Below are positions 46,272 through 57,200 of a DNA stretch of 61,556 nt, one piece after another; position 1 is the first letter of the stretch, and the number at the start of each line of letters is the position of its first letter. The notes under the pieces were generated by a model. That model was not told the origin of the DNA. It ran no database searches and saw only the letters and a program-made list of their open reading frames with translations. Both the position numbers and the translations under genes were made by a program. The stretch is from a virus (taxonomy: Duplodnaviria > Caudoviricetes), in IMG/VR virus record IMGVR_UViG_3300030012_003022, positions 1-61,556 of that record. The stretch is one strand, 5' to 3'.

Positions 46272-46704
46272 AGCAGCAGTCGCAAAGGCTCTAAAAGATA
46301 AAGGCATTCCTCTTCCCGAAGAAGATTCATACGATGCTATGATGCACCGTCTAAATACTTGGAAACAAGGTAAAGGATATTTATTCCGAAGAATAAAAAC
46401 AAGATTCTATGGAAGACAAAACCTTCCTCTTGAAATACCATTCGGTTCAGTAGTATTTATTCCCGATAGCGACTTTGCTCGCAAAATTATGAAGACAGGT
46501 GCTATGTTCCCGTTGGGTCGAGCAGAATATAATCCGGAAGTTCACTTGCTTATTGATGTTCCTAAGACTGAAACTTATACAGAACCTAAAGCAGAAAAGC
46601 CAAAAGTTGAAAAGAAAGCCACACCAAAGAAAAAATCAACACCTAAGAAGAAGACAAGCAGTAAGAAGGTGAAAGAAGATGGCGATAACAACAAGTCAAA
46701 TTAG
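46261..46704 (+). CDS. Hypothetical protein with a Lys-rich tail
   Basis: KKATPKKKSTPKKK. Confidence 0.65.
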   Translation: MKSKAAVAKALKDKGIPLPEEDSYDAMMHRLNTWKQGKGYLFRRIKTRFYGRQNLPLEIPFGSVVFIPDSDFARKIMKTGAMFPLGRAEYNPEVHLLIDVPKTETYTEPKAEKPKVEKKATPKKKSTPKKKTSSKKVKEDGDNNKSN

Positions 46705-47071
46705 AGACTTACTCAATAGGCCAAGAGGTCTAAATGATGAGACTATTAGTGAGTATCTAACTATTAGAACGCAAGAAGTCGCAAAGAAGGCTCGTTCTGC
46801 TTCTAAGTATGGTCTTGGTGATACAACAGGTGTTGAAGAAACCGAAAAAGAATCTGCGATTAAAATGTTAGTCGCAACAGATTGTTTGCGAGTTATGTTA
46901 GATACTATTCCTTCATATTTGCCCGAAAACGAGCAAAGAAGTCACGATATAAGAGTAAGAGCGCAGTTAGCAAGGTTTGAACAAAGAGCAGATGAATTAA
47001 TGTCTGCGATATCCGAGAAAGGCGGTAGTGCTTTCAGCGTTGGCAAAACCGACTCTCGGCAGGTGAACTAA
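46679..47071 (+). CDS. Putative head-tail adaptor
   Basis: Position and size; helical, begins MAITTSQIRDLL. Confidence 0.5.
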   Translation: MAITTSQIRDLLNRPRGLNDETISEYLTIRTQEVAKKARSASKYGLGDTTGVEETEKESAIKMLVATDCLRVMLDTIPSYLPENEQRSHDIRVRAQLARFEQRADELMSAISEKGGSAFSVGKTDSRQVN

Positions 47072-47072
47072 G

Positions 47073-49394
47073 TTGCCCGTTAAATTATGGGTTGCTACGG
47101 GTGCAGGAACGGCAAGCACCGCAAGCAATTGGCTTCCAAGTGGTGCGCCCGGTGTTTTTGATACTGCAAGATTCGCTATTAATTCAAACAATTGCGAATG
47201 GGATATTGCTACTTCTGTAAATGCAATAGCAATTGAATCAACATATACAGGAGTAGTAGAATTTACTGCTAATGCTTCTTTAGTATCATACTTATCTTTA
47301 GAAGCAGAAAACTGTATAACTGCTAATTCTTCTAAATCAATAACCTTTACAGGAACGGCATTCTTTAATACAAATCAAACTTATGTAAAGAATAATTGCA
47401 CAGACCCTTTTGTTAATGCAGCAGGAAGGGAAAACTTAGAATATGTATTTACAGGTAATGGTAGCACTCCCGTATTATTAGATACAGGAAAATATCCCCA
47501 TGTAAGATATAATGGTAGTAAATTTTTACCAAAGTATGTATCAAATACTCTTAGCACAAATGCAAATAAAATATCTATGCAGTCATTTACTTATGAAACT
47601 AATTCTTCTGTTTCACATGAAATACCTACACAAAATGATAGAGACCTCCGTTGGGAAATAGACGGTCAATTGAATGCTTCTGCAAGTAATTCTTTTAATA
47701 TACCATACACAAACAATATAGAATTATTTGATGGTGGTTATGGAACATGGGATTTTCAAGCAGGTTTTAGATTCCCTACTTCTTCTTCAAGTCTTTATGG
47801 TAATTTTAATCAAGTTGGGCTTAGGTTTGTGTGGAGAAATGTAGAGTTATCTAATAGAGCAGGTGCTACTAATCCACAAACAATATTACAAGGAACACTA
47901 TATCTTGATAATCTAACAGTAAATAGTGGTATATTTTTTGGAAATAGACCAAGTGCGGGTGCTACATTATTAACAATAAATAGACCAAAGATTAGAGGAA
48001 CATTGGGTCTAAAACAAGTAGCAGATGGTATGTATATTAGTGGAACTCCTAACTTAGATGTTGCCTATGGAGGAACGGGTCTAAGTTCTATACCTCAAGG
48101 AAGAATACCATTTGGTAATAGTGACGAAAAAATGGCTACTAATTCAAACTTTACTTTTATTAGTGATTTGCTAAGTGCAGGTAATGGTATAACACTTAAT
48201 CCTATTTCATCTCAACCTTCTACAAGTAATACTTTATGGCTAAATAGTCTTGCTTCAAATTCCCTTTATCTTGACGGTGCTGCCGTAGGTGGGGGCGGTG
48301 GTGGTGGTGGTATTAGTGGAATTACCATTCAAGATGAGGGAGTATCATTGGGAACTGCGACTACGACTCTTAACTTTGTTGATGGACAACATGCAGTTCA
48401 AACTGTTCCGACTCCACAACCATTATGTGTTCAAGCAACAGGAACAGGTTCAAGTAAAACAATTACTATTGATGGGTCAAAAGTTAGAACAGATGCAACA
48501 GATACATTACCTGCTTATCTTGATGCAAAAATAAATGCAGGGTCAAATATGACTATTAGTCTTGATACTTCACTTGCGGCATCAGTAGGTCATAAATTTG
48601 TATTTTCGGCAGATAATAATAAAGTAGGAATATCATCAGCAGATACAACACCAAACTTTTTAGAAAATAAATTAGTTGCAGGTTCTAACATTACTCTTAC
48701 TAAACAAAATGCAGGTGGAAATGAAACAATTGAAATTTCATCAAGCGGTGGTGGTGGTGGGGGTAGTAGTGGCTATCCATTGTTTAGGCATGATGATAAC
48801 CCAACCACTCATAATTTTAAGCCTTTTAGATTATTAGCAGATGGAGATACAATAAAAATAGGACAAGGCTCAACCGATGTTTCGGTATTTAGCCCTATTT
48901 TGTCGCAAGGTGGTTCGATAGATACTATTACTGCTGACAACATAGGGAGTGTATCAGCAAACACAGGTCGAGAATATATCTTTTATGGTCAATTAGGTAA
49001 ATTAGGTGGTGCTAATCACACAAAATATAAATTAGATACGGTGGCAAATACAGGAGTTAAGACCTTTTGGATTAGTCACATGGGGGTGATTGGTAATGGT
49101 ATTTTAGGGACTACTCCTGTCGCAAGTGAATTAATTATTATTGGATTACCAAATACAAGTAATGTTAGAGTAATAGATGCCGGAGAGCATGATATAAAAC
49201 CTCTTGATGGTTCAGAAGAAGAATTTGGCGGATTTCCCGACCCCGAACAACCTACGGAAACTTGCAGACTGTTATTGATAGACCATTACCAATATTATTT
49301 TGATGGTAAAACAGACCCCGATGAACCTTTGTTTCCCAATTTTGTATTTAATGAAATACTATTACCAAAAGGAAAAGGAGGTAAAGGAAGATGA
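47073..49394 (+). CDS. Fibre/adhesin-like structural protein
   Basis: T/S/N/G-rich with poly-Gly linkers; repeated ADTTP.YL..K..AGSN.T; VAYGGTG fibre motif. Confidence 0.65.
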   Translation: MPVKLWVATGAGTASTASNWLPSGAPGVFDTARFAINSNNCEWDIATSVNAIAIESTYTGVVEFTANASLVSYLSLEAENCITANSSKSITFTGTAFFNTNQTYVKNNCTDPFVNAAGRENLEYVFTGNGSTPVLLDTGKYPHVRYNGSKFLPKYVSNTLSTNANKISMQSFTYETNSSVSHEIPTQNDRDLRWEIDGQLNASASNSFNIPYTNNIELFDGGYGTWDFQAGFRFPTSSSSLYGNFNQVGLRFVWRNVELSNRAGATNPQTILQGTLYLDNLTVNSGIFFGNRPSAGATLLTINRPKIRGTLGLKQVADGMYISGTPNLDVAYGGTGLSSIPQGRIPFGNSDEKMATNSNFTFISDLLSAGNGITLNPISSQPSTSNTLWLNSLASNSLYLDGAAVGGGGGGGGISGITIQDEGVSLGTATTTLNFVDGQHAVQTVPTPQPLCVQATGTGSSKTITIDGSKVRTDATDTLPAYLDAKINAGSNMTISLDTSLAASVGHKFVFSADNNKVGISSADTTPNFLENKLVAGSNITLTKQNAGGNETIEISSSGGGGGGSSGYPLFRHDDNPTTHNFKPFRLLADGDTIKIGQGSTDVSVFSPILSQGGSIDTITADNIGSVSANTGREYIFYGQLGKLGGANHTKYKLDTVANTGVKTFWISHMGVIGNGILGTTPVASELIIIGLPNTSNVRVIDAGEHDIKPLDGSEEEFGGFPDPEQPTETCRLLLIDHYQYYFDGKTDPDEPLFPNFVFNEILLPKGKGGKGR

Positions 49395-49555
49395 TGAAAG
49401 GAAAAATAGTGTATATTCCCCCCGAAAGATGTTATACTAATGTAAAGATTGAAGAGACACCACATGGCTACCGTCTATATAGGATAGGCGAAAGCAAGCC
49501 ATTTATGAGTCTCCCATTTTCGTGCGTTAAAAGTATAGAATACAAGGAGGAGTGA
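49391..49555 (+). CDS. 54-aa hypothetical protein (not in ORF track)
   Basis: MMKGKIVYIPPERCY...YKEE; ATGA coupling. Confidence 0.6.
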   Translation: MMKGKIVYIPPERCYTNVKIEETPHGYRLYRIGESKPFMSLPFSCVKSIEYKEE

Positions 49556-49560
49556 AAAAT

Positions 49561-49860
49561 ATGGAAACAGAAATAATAATATTAGGAATAGGAATAGCCG
49601 TTGTTGCGATTGAAAGAGGATATAAATTTTACAAAAAGGTCATGGCTGATGGTAAAATTACCCTTGATGAAGTCATTGAAGCGGCAGATATGCTAAAGGA
49701 TTTACCGAGCATATCCGAAGTAAAAAAGATGAAGAAAGCAGACCTTGTTGCTCTATGTGAGGAACATGGAATTGACTCCGATGGTGTAAAGGCTGACTTA
49801 ATCGCAAGACTTGAAAAGGCACTTTGTTGTCTCGATGAAAAAACCGAGTGTGATTGCTAA
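49561..49860 (+). CDS. Membrane-anchored SAP-domain protein
   Basis: N-terminal TM; MKKADLVALCEEHGIDSDGVKADLIARL matches the SAP consensus. Confidence 0.7.
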   Translation: METEIIILGIGIAVVAIERGYKFYKKVMADGKITLDEVIEAADMLKDLPSISEVKKMKKADLVALCEEHGIDSDGVKADLIARLEKALCCLDEKTECDC

Positions 49861-50384
49861 TGGTAAGATACTGTTCTGTTGCTGATGTAGGTCAAAGACT
49901 TGGTCTTGATAGCGCGCAGCGTAGCAGGGCAGAAAGTAGAATCAATGCTTGTATTAGAAGGGCAGGTGTAAAAATAGACCAATGTTTTCTTGACTATGGT
50001 AGAGAAGAACCAAGCAAAGCAACAGTAAGTAATACACTAAATGGTGCTATATCAGCAGGTGCTACTACTATTACTGTAACAAGTGGAACTTCCTTTTCAA
50101 GTGCAGGTTCGGGAAATATTGATGGGGATTCTTTTACATGGTCGGGCAAATCAACTAATGATTTAACAGGATGCACAGGAATTTCATTTGACCATGCTTC
50201 GGGAGTTGTAGTTCAAGAAGGACAAATGGCTCATGCTCTAAGAGAGTTGTGTGCTGATATAGCAAGCGGTCTTTATCTTGAAGATGAATCAACACATCAA
50301 ACTACGGATGATATACGAGGAAAGAATCTCCGTATGCGTGGATATGCAGAACTACAAAGGCTTGCTCATTTGGGTAAGGCTTGA
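49854..50384 (+). CDS. Head-tail connector-like protein with an inserted beta domain
   Basis: YCSVADV..RL N-terminus; insert LNGAISAGATTITV...LTGC. Confidence 0.6.
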   Translation: MLMVRYCSVADVGQRLGLDSAQRSRAESRINACIRRAGVKIDQCFLDYGREEPSKATVSNTLNGAISAGATTITVTSGTSFSSAGSGNIDGDSFTWSGKSTNDLTGCTGISFDHASGVVVQEGQMAHALRELCADIASGLYLEDESTHQTTDDIRGKNLRMRGYAELQRLAHLGKA

Positions 50385-50388
50385 TAGT

Positions 50389-51084
50389 ATGGTACGCGCA
50401 ACATTTAGATATGGCAAAGGTGGCGCACAAGGGAATGTTCCCCGCACAGGAATGCGAGGTTCTTCCGGTGGTGCTATTCAAGGTCAGTATCGTATAGATT
50501 GGGATGACCACGAATTACGAGTAGCCCTTGATAAATTAGGTCTTAATGGAGATGCTATTCTTAAACAGTCTCTTATTAAAAGAGTCGAAGAGGCAATAAA
50601 AGAAACGCAAATGAAATTAAAAAGAATGGCGGGTGCTTTAGCAGGTGTTAGGATTCCCCCTCCTCCAAGAGCCTCACAAAATATCTATACAAAAGTAGCA
50701 GACCACTTAACTTATGATACTATTGCCGGAACTTCATTTATTCGTGTATATGCAGCAGAAGAGTTGCGAATGGCAAGATTTGGTGTGCGTGGTAGTCGTG
50801 GTGGAGAAATCGCAAAAATAGTAGCAGGTGGCATGAAACCATTTAGTTACTCTCCATTCTTACCTCCAATGGTAAGGTCTTCTACTGCATGGTTTTCAAA
50901 AACAGGTAGAGGATTTGATTATGCAATAGGTCTAAGGAAAAACAAAACTCATCCGGGTTTTAAGAGAACTTATGACTTTATGTTAAATGTAGAAAATAAT
51001 GTAGTATTAAACTTTGAAAAGGATAAAGAATTAATAAATAGGAATTTAGCAAGATTCGCAGGATTAGGATATGGTAGGGTATAG
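50389..51084 (+). CDS. Putative neck/tail completion protein
   Basis: Basic; HPG motif; position in the module. Confidence 0.5.
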   Translation: MVRATFRYGKGGAQGNVPRTGMRGSSGGAIQGQYRIDWDDHELRVALDKLGLNGDAILKQSLIKRVEEAIKETQMKLKRMAGALAGVRIPPPPRASQNIYTKVADHLTYDTIAGTSFIRVYAAEELRMARFGVRGSRGGEIAKIVAGGMKPFSYSPFLPPMVRSSTAWFSKTGRGFDYAIGLRKNKTHPGFKRTYDFMLNVENNVVLNFEKDKELINRNLARFAGLGYGRV

Positions 51085-51086
51085 AT

Positions 51087-52205
51087 ATGGCAATAGCAAA
51101 GAATCATCATTTTTGGACTTCAAGACTTGGGGGTAATGACCCTGCATCTCCGGTAGGAAATAATAATAGCGCATGGACTTTAATTCAAGGAAGTGCCTCA
51201 AATGGTTCAGTTTCGGGTAATGCTTGGAAAATTGATGGAACAGGGGGCGGTGGGTCAGTATGGAAACAGACAATAGAAGACGACCAAAATGATTTAACTT
51301 TAATTGTAGGAATATCTTATGACCCTGCTAATCCCCCTATGGGAGGAATGAAATTAATGCACCTTGATAACGGAACTTATTACACAGAAGTTAGAACTCA
51401 CTCCGACCCTAATAAATTAATTCTTATAGGTTCTACGGGAGTCGGTGCTTTGAATACACAAGAATTAGATTTAACTATGCAAGAATTTAATCCTGTTCCT
51501 ACTCTTTTGCGCCTTACTCTTAGTAATGATGGTAAATGCAGATTATATGTAAAAGAAATAATAGAAGATGATGATGCAAACATACACTATTTAGAACAGG
51601 ATGCCGTTAATGCAACAATAGAGCAGGGCGCAGTATTTGGTAATTTTAGTGGAATAGTAAATTGGTTTTCTGTTTATTTTACTCCACATGGCGCATATTC
51701 CCCCGATGAAATGGATATGTCCGACTTTACTACTAATAGTCTAATTAGAACGGGTATTAACATTGTAAATATATTAAAGAAATCAAGAAGATTCTTTATC
51801 AAGACTCATGTAGGGGAAGGAGGGATAGTCTATGGTTATGACTTATCTTCTAATGCTATGACTAATCGTATTCATCCACCATCTATTCATGTAATTACAC
51901 AGAAGATAGAAAGTCCGGAGTTTTTGACTCTAAGCGGAACAAGAACAGACCAAGACTATAATGTAATAATATATGTCACTACAAAAGGAACTGACTACAA
52001 AAACGCCTATCGTTTAGGTCTATCTATAATGGGCGAAGTCTTTGATGAACTATACACTAAGACAGGTTTAGAAGATGGAGTTGATTCTCTTATAGCCCAT
52101 ACTACTACATTAGACCACAAGATTGATGATGATGAAGTTGTCTGTGTTCATACTCTAACACTAACTTATATGAAAAAGATTCGCATGTTCTTAAGAGAAG
52201 TGTGA
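51087..52205 (+). CDS. Putative tail terminator with an N-terminal extra domain
   Basis: Immediately precedes the tail tube gene. Confidence 0.45.
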   Translation: MAIAKNHHFWTSRLGGNDPASPVGNNNSAWTLIQGSASNGSVSGNAWKIDGTGGGGSVWKQTIEDDQNDLTLIVGISYDPANPPMGGMKLMHLDNGTYYTEVRTHSDPNKLILIGSTGVGALNTQELDLTMQEFNPVPTLLRLTLSNDGKCRLYVKEIIEDDDANIHYLEQDAVNATIEQGAVFGNFSGIVNWFSVYFTPHGAYSPDEMDMSDFTTNSLIRTGINIVNILKKSRRFFIKTHVGEGGIVYGYDLSSNAMTNRIHPPSIHVITQKIESPEFLTLSGTRTDQDYNVIIYVTTKGTDYKNAYRLGLSIMGEVFDELYTKTGLEDGVDSLIAHTTTLDHKIDDDEVVCVHTLTLTYMKKIRMFLREV

Positions 52206-52242
52206 GAAGCCTTTATTAGTTATAATATTCATGTCTTAAAAC

Positions 52243-53283
52243 ATGGCAATAGGACACCATACAAGATATGTTGCATTAGCAGCAGAAGCAACCTACAATT
52301 CTCCCGAATTAACGGCAGATGCAGTAGGCGAAGTTGAAAGCGAGACTTTCCAACAGACATACGATATACTCAAAAGAGCAGACATGAACTACTACGGTGC
52401 AGCAAAAGCAGTAACCAGCAAACTAATGTCAAGTGGTGCGGTAACAATGGCACTACAACCCGATGCTTTTACTCTAATGTGTCTTCATGGAATAACAGGT
52501 GTTGATAGTGCTACAAATGCTACTGATGCAAGAAACTTTACTGAAATAGGAGTAACTGCAACAGATACTCTTCCTTCTTATACTGTAATGGTTGGTAGAG
52601 ATGAATATGAGCATGTTTTCTCCGGCCAAGTAATTGATTCTATTAGTGTATCTTCAAGTATTGGAGAGTATGCTATGATGACAGTTAATTTTACAGGCGC
52701 AAAACAAAATGATGATAACGGGGCTTTACATACTGACCTACCTGCTTATACAGGAGATGCAGCGCACTTTTCAAAGGCTTTCGTAAATTTTGAAGCAAGC
52801 GCAAGTAATTCAGCGTTTTCTTCCCATGTTCAAAGTGTTGATTTTGAAATTAGAACAAACAGGGATATGGATAACTCTTACTCTTTAGGTAGTGATACTT
52901 GCGTTCGCAAGCCACCTGTTACTCTAAGAGAAGTAACAGGAAGTATTACTTTCCATAAGAGTCTTGATGGAGACCAAGCGAGCGATATAGCAAATAATGA
53001 ACCTCACTTTAAGGATTTAATGCCCGGAACTAATGCCTTAAAAAATCCGGGTTCTGCTGCACCAGCACTTTCAGTATTGTTTGAAGTAGATAGTAACAAT
53101 TTCATTCAATTCAACTTCCCTAAACTAATCTATGAGATGCCCGAAACAAGCGTAAGTGGTAGAGACTCACAGACTATGACTGTAAACTTTCATGGTCTTT
53201 ATGATATAGCAGATGCAAATAGCATGGTTTCAATAACTTGTAAAACAAGTGATGCTACAATAGACGACTATGATGCACTTTGA
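52243..53283 (+). CDS. Major tail tube protein (siphovirus)
   Basis: E.TY, PSYTV, G..IDSISVS, REVTGSIT pattern; no sheath gene found. Confidence 0.75.
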   Translation: MAIGHHTRYVALAAEATYNSPELTADAVGEVESETFQQTYDILKRADMNYYGAAKAVTSKLMSSGAVTMALQPDAFTLMCLHGITGVDSATNATDARNFTEIGVTATDTLPSYTVMVGRDEYEHVFSGQVIDSISVSSSIGEYAMMTVNFTGAKQNDDNGALHTDLPAYTGDAAHFSKAFVNFEASASNSAFSSHVQSVDFEIRTNRDMDNSYSLGSDTCVRKPPVTLREVTGSITFHKSLDGDQASDIANNEPHFKDLMPGTNALKNPGSAAPALSVLFEVDSNNFIQFNFPKLIYEMPETSVSGRDSQTMTVNFHGLYDIADANSMVSITCKTSDATIDDYDAL

Positions 53284-53296
53284 TGGGGGTTCTTAG

Positions 53297-53488
53297 ATGA
53301 GCCACACCATCACCGACCCTGCGAAACTAACTACTACGGTAGTATTTGGAACGCAAGATACAATTCATACACAATTACAAACTGCGCTAAGAGCATTAGC
53401 AGCAAGTGATAAGATTGTTGATATTAGCATAAGTAGAAAAAGCGTAGGTAATAATTTTATAGGAATTATTACTTATGAAGACCAATGA
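53297..53488 (+). CDS. Hypothetical protein
   Basis: ORF in the tail operon. Confidence 0.55.
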   Translation: MSHTITDPAKLTTTVVFGTQDTIHTQLQTALRALAASDKIVDISISRKSVGNNFIGIITYEDQ

Positions 53489-53578
53489 GATGAGATTCCA
53501 TGAGATATAATAGTAGTATAGTATCTCTTTGGAACGAGTCAATGACTCGTATAGTAATAGAAAAGGAAAGTGAAAAGA

Positions 53579-53926
53579 ATGCCTGTATTGAAGAAGGAAA
53601 TTGAATTAGACAACGGAAAGAAAATTTGGGTTAGACAAGCATCCGGAATGGATAAACTTGCGATTGAAAAAATACAAGCCGGAGTTTTGCGAAAGTGCAG
53701 ACACTTTGGCACAGACCCTACCAAATGGTCGGAAGAACAACAACAAGAGTTTGCAGATATGCTTGATGCAGAAGGCGCAGGTATAGATAGCCAAATCTCC
53801 AATTGGATTCCAAAATGTGTCATTGATAAAGAAATTGACATTGATATTTTAACAAGTGAAGAATTAAGAACAATATTAAATTTCGTTAGAGGAGACGACT
53901 TAGAGGGTGCTTGCCCTTTGGATTAA
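53579..53926 (+). CDS. Tail assembly chaperone (gpG-like)
   Basis: Between the tail tube and tape measure genes; slippery site at its end. Confidence 0.7.
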   Translation: MPVLKKEIELDNGKKIWVRQASGMDKLAIEKIQAGVLRKCRHFGTDPTKWSEEQQQEFADMLDAEGAGIDSQISNWIPKCVIDKEIDIDILTSEELRTILNFVRGDDLEGACPLD

Positions 53927-54213
53927 TTAGCCAAGTTGCACCAAGTTTATGTTCAGCATTTAAAGGAGTATTACCAAGTGACTTATTTGAAAAATATAAC
54001 TGTAAAGGAGGATTGTTAAAGTTAGAGTTTGATATGATTATTGCTTCGGAAATGGCTGAAAGAATAAGCGAGCAATATGATGAAGCAAAGGGTCAAGTTG
54101 GAAGTCGCCAAGCAAAGAAAGCAGTAGCCCGAAGAAATCAAAAGAGAAGTGCAGCAATAAGAGACCAAGCGGAAGTAGCAAATAAGTTAGAAGGTTGGTT
54201 GAAGGATGGCTAA
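53911..54213 (+). CDS. Tail assembly chaperone extension (gpT-like, -1 frame)
   Basis: Overlaps the end of gpG in the -1 frame. Confidence 0.65.
   Translation: MPFGLISQVAPSLCSAFKGVLPSDLFEKYNCKGGLLKLEFDMIIASEMAERISEQYDEAKGQVGSRQAKKAVARRNQKRSAAIRDQAEVANKLEGWLKDG
53914..53920 (+). other. -1 ribosomal frameshift site C CCT TTG
   Basis: X XXY YYZ heptamer in the correct phase; the -1 frame continues as the 53911-54213 ORF. Confidence 0.7.
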
Positions 54214-57200
54214 GTCGGGTGCAGCAAGAGTATATTTCGATGTAATCGGTAGATTTTCAGCCGATAGAATCTTAGGTGATACTCAAACCGCAGCAACAAT
54301 TCAAAAGGCTATTCTTGTTGATACATTAGGAGGTATTAATGACTCCTTTATGGAGACTACTAATCAAATCCTTATGGGTGTAGCATCAATGACTGATGCT
54401 TTCTTTGAGTTTGAACAACAGTTTGTTAGAGTTCGTAAATTTTACAATAGCGAATCAATTGATGAAGTAAATAGATTTGCAGAAGCCGCAGTAAAAATGG
54501 GTGAAGGCTTTGCCTTCACAGGTGCAGAAGCACTTGCAGCGTCAGCAAGAACGGCTCAATTGAAGGGTGTCTTAGGACAACAGGAAGCAGTTATCGAAGC
54601 CGCAAGAGCAGGTCTATTGATGGCACAGATTGGTGAAATGGAAACCGAAGAAGGAATGAATCGTTTTATCCAATTGGCGCAGCAGACACAATTCCTATAT
54701 GGTGGAATGACTAAGGCTCAATATGATGCTCTTGATGCAGCAAGACAAGCAAATATAGTAAGGGAATCTTCTATTCATACTCTCAATCAATTGAATACAA
54801 TTGAAAACTCTTCTGTTGCTACAATGGAAGACATTACTTTCGTTCTTAACCAATTCGCAAGTCAAGCGAATATTGCAGGTGAAAGTATTGGTGAAATGGC
54901 TGCTATGTCTGCTTTGTTACTTGAGACAGGTGAAGAAGTAAGCAGGGCAGGAACAGGTCTGCGTATGATTTACCAGCGTCTCGGAAACGCAAGTAATAAT
55001 GCAACACAAGCAATCGCAGAATTAGTTGATGGTGTTGATGCTCAAGGCGTAGCACAAATGAAACTAACAGATGTTCTAACTGCAATTGCACCTGCTTATG
55101 CAAATATGAATAGCGAGCAGAAAAGAGCGTTAGCGGTAAATATCGCAGGTTCAAGGCACTATATCAAATTCCTAAAGTTGATGGAAAATCAAACAAGACT
55201 TACAGAATTGCAGACTATTGCATTTGAATCGCAATTCCCTGCTATCGAAGAGTTTGAAAATAAACAGAAGTCTGCTGCATTTAAAATAGACGCTATGAAT
55301 GCTAAGTTAGAAAATCAAAGAGTAGAGTTAGGTGAAAAATTAGCACCTGCATTTATGTCAGCAGCAAGGGCTGAATCATTTTTCTTAGATAGATTAGAAG
55401 ACATTATTAGCGCACAGGTTCGTGGAGAAGAAGTATTTTTACCATTTGTAGGTAGTGTTATAGGTCTTGGTAATGCGTATCAAAAGATTCTACAACCTAC
55501 TATGGATTTAGGTCTAAACATAATGGGTATGGTTGTTGCTTTTAGGACATTACGGGCTATCCATCCTAAAAATATTGAAGATGTAAAAGAGAGTGTAAAA
55601 TCTTATCAAGCCATGAGAGAAGAAGCAATTTTACAAAATTCCGTATTAAAAATGAATAAAAGCGAGACATTAGCATCCACTCAAGTTACTTTAGTAGGTC
55701 TAAATAAAGTTCAACATTCTTATCAAATGACTGCAATAGCAGCAAGAAAGAAGGCACAAGTAGAAAAATCAAATTTAGAGCAAGATAGAATAGCACTAAA
55801 AGTAAAAATTGAAGCAGCAAAAATAGAATTACAAAGTGCAAAAGGTAAAAAACAAATTGCTGCTGCAACTTCAAAATTAATTTCTCTTGAAAAACAGTTA
55901 AGCGAAGGAAAAAGAAGTATAAATCATAAAATAACTGCAAATATGAATTTGACTAAGCAATTAAATGCAGAAACGAAATTTCAAAGTATTCTTACTAAAG
56001 GTCTAAATCAAGATAGACATTTGGCTAATGAAATAGGGGCAAGGTCAATTAAACAATTACAAGCAAGCGTAAAGCAACAACGAAGCATAACAGGAACAAT
56101 ACAAAAATTAAATACTTTAAGGTCTGAAGAAGTAGTTTTAGCAAGGACATTAGAACCTGTCGTAAAGCAAGGTCTAATGACAAAACAAGCAGAAATAAAA
56201 GTAAGTATAGAAGAAGCGCGTCAAAGAGAAATGCAACTTAATAAACAAGAAGCAATTGCTATTTCTAATAAAGAGGAAACTAATACTATAAGAGAAAAAA
56301 TATTAGCAAATGAACAACATATAAACCAATTAGTTGAAGAAGAAATAAGAGTAAGCGCACTTATTGTAGCAGACGACCAAGCACACATGAGACAAAAAAG
56401 AAGCATTCAAGGAAATGCTCAAGAAGCCATGAGTTTCAAAAATGTAACCGAAGCCATAAAAAGTAAAGAATTTGCTCAAGGTGCGCTTAATGGTGCTTTG
56501 CTAACATCAATGCTAATTCTTCCAAGTATTGTTGATGAAAACAAACAAATGTCTGCTATTATGTATGGTATGGCTTTAACTACAATCCCAATGTTAGTAA
56601 AATCATTTAGAACACTTCAAAATGCACTCAAGGCTACTGCAAGAGAAGGTGTTGTAATGTCGGGTATGATGTCCGGTGGTCTTGCTGCTGCGGGTATGCT
56701 ACTTGGTGGTATTGCTGCCTATGCAGGTTTTGAAATATTCGATAGTATATTTGGAGAAAACTTTGAAACAAACATTGATGATTTAGAAACTATGAATAGT
56801 GAATTAGATAGAACTTCACAGATTCTTGCAGACCTACAAGGTGCTGCTGGTGCTACTGCGGTAAATGAAGGGTTATTTGGTAGTCTTACTTATGATGATT
56901 TAAAGCAAGATGCCGAACTTACAGATTCTACATTAGCAACCCTACAAGAAAGAATAGGTTTAATCAATAAAGATATAGAGACGGCAACAACCGCAGGAGA
57001 CATAGAGTTAGTAACAGGATTACAACAACAGGTTAGAAGGCTTGAGGTCATAGAAGGAAAATTACTTGCTATTGATGATGCTCAACATTTAGTATCACAG
57101 GGCGCACAAGAAATGGATGAGGCTTATGCAGAAATATTTAGACCGAGAGCAGATGGATTTACAGGTGTATTTGGAGATGATTCACTTTTAGTTAGAACAG

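Noticed and set aside
48288-48772. GGT/GGC trinucleotide runs (also near 2558 and 43451)
   Set aside because: They are in-frame poly-Gly linkers rather than contingency repeats.
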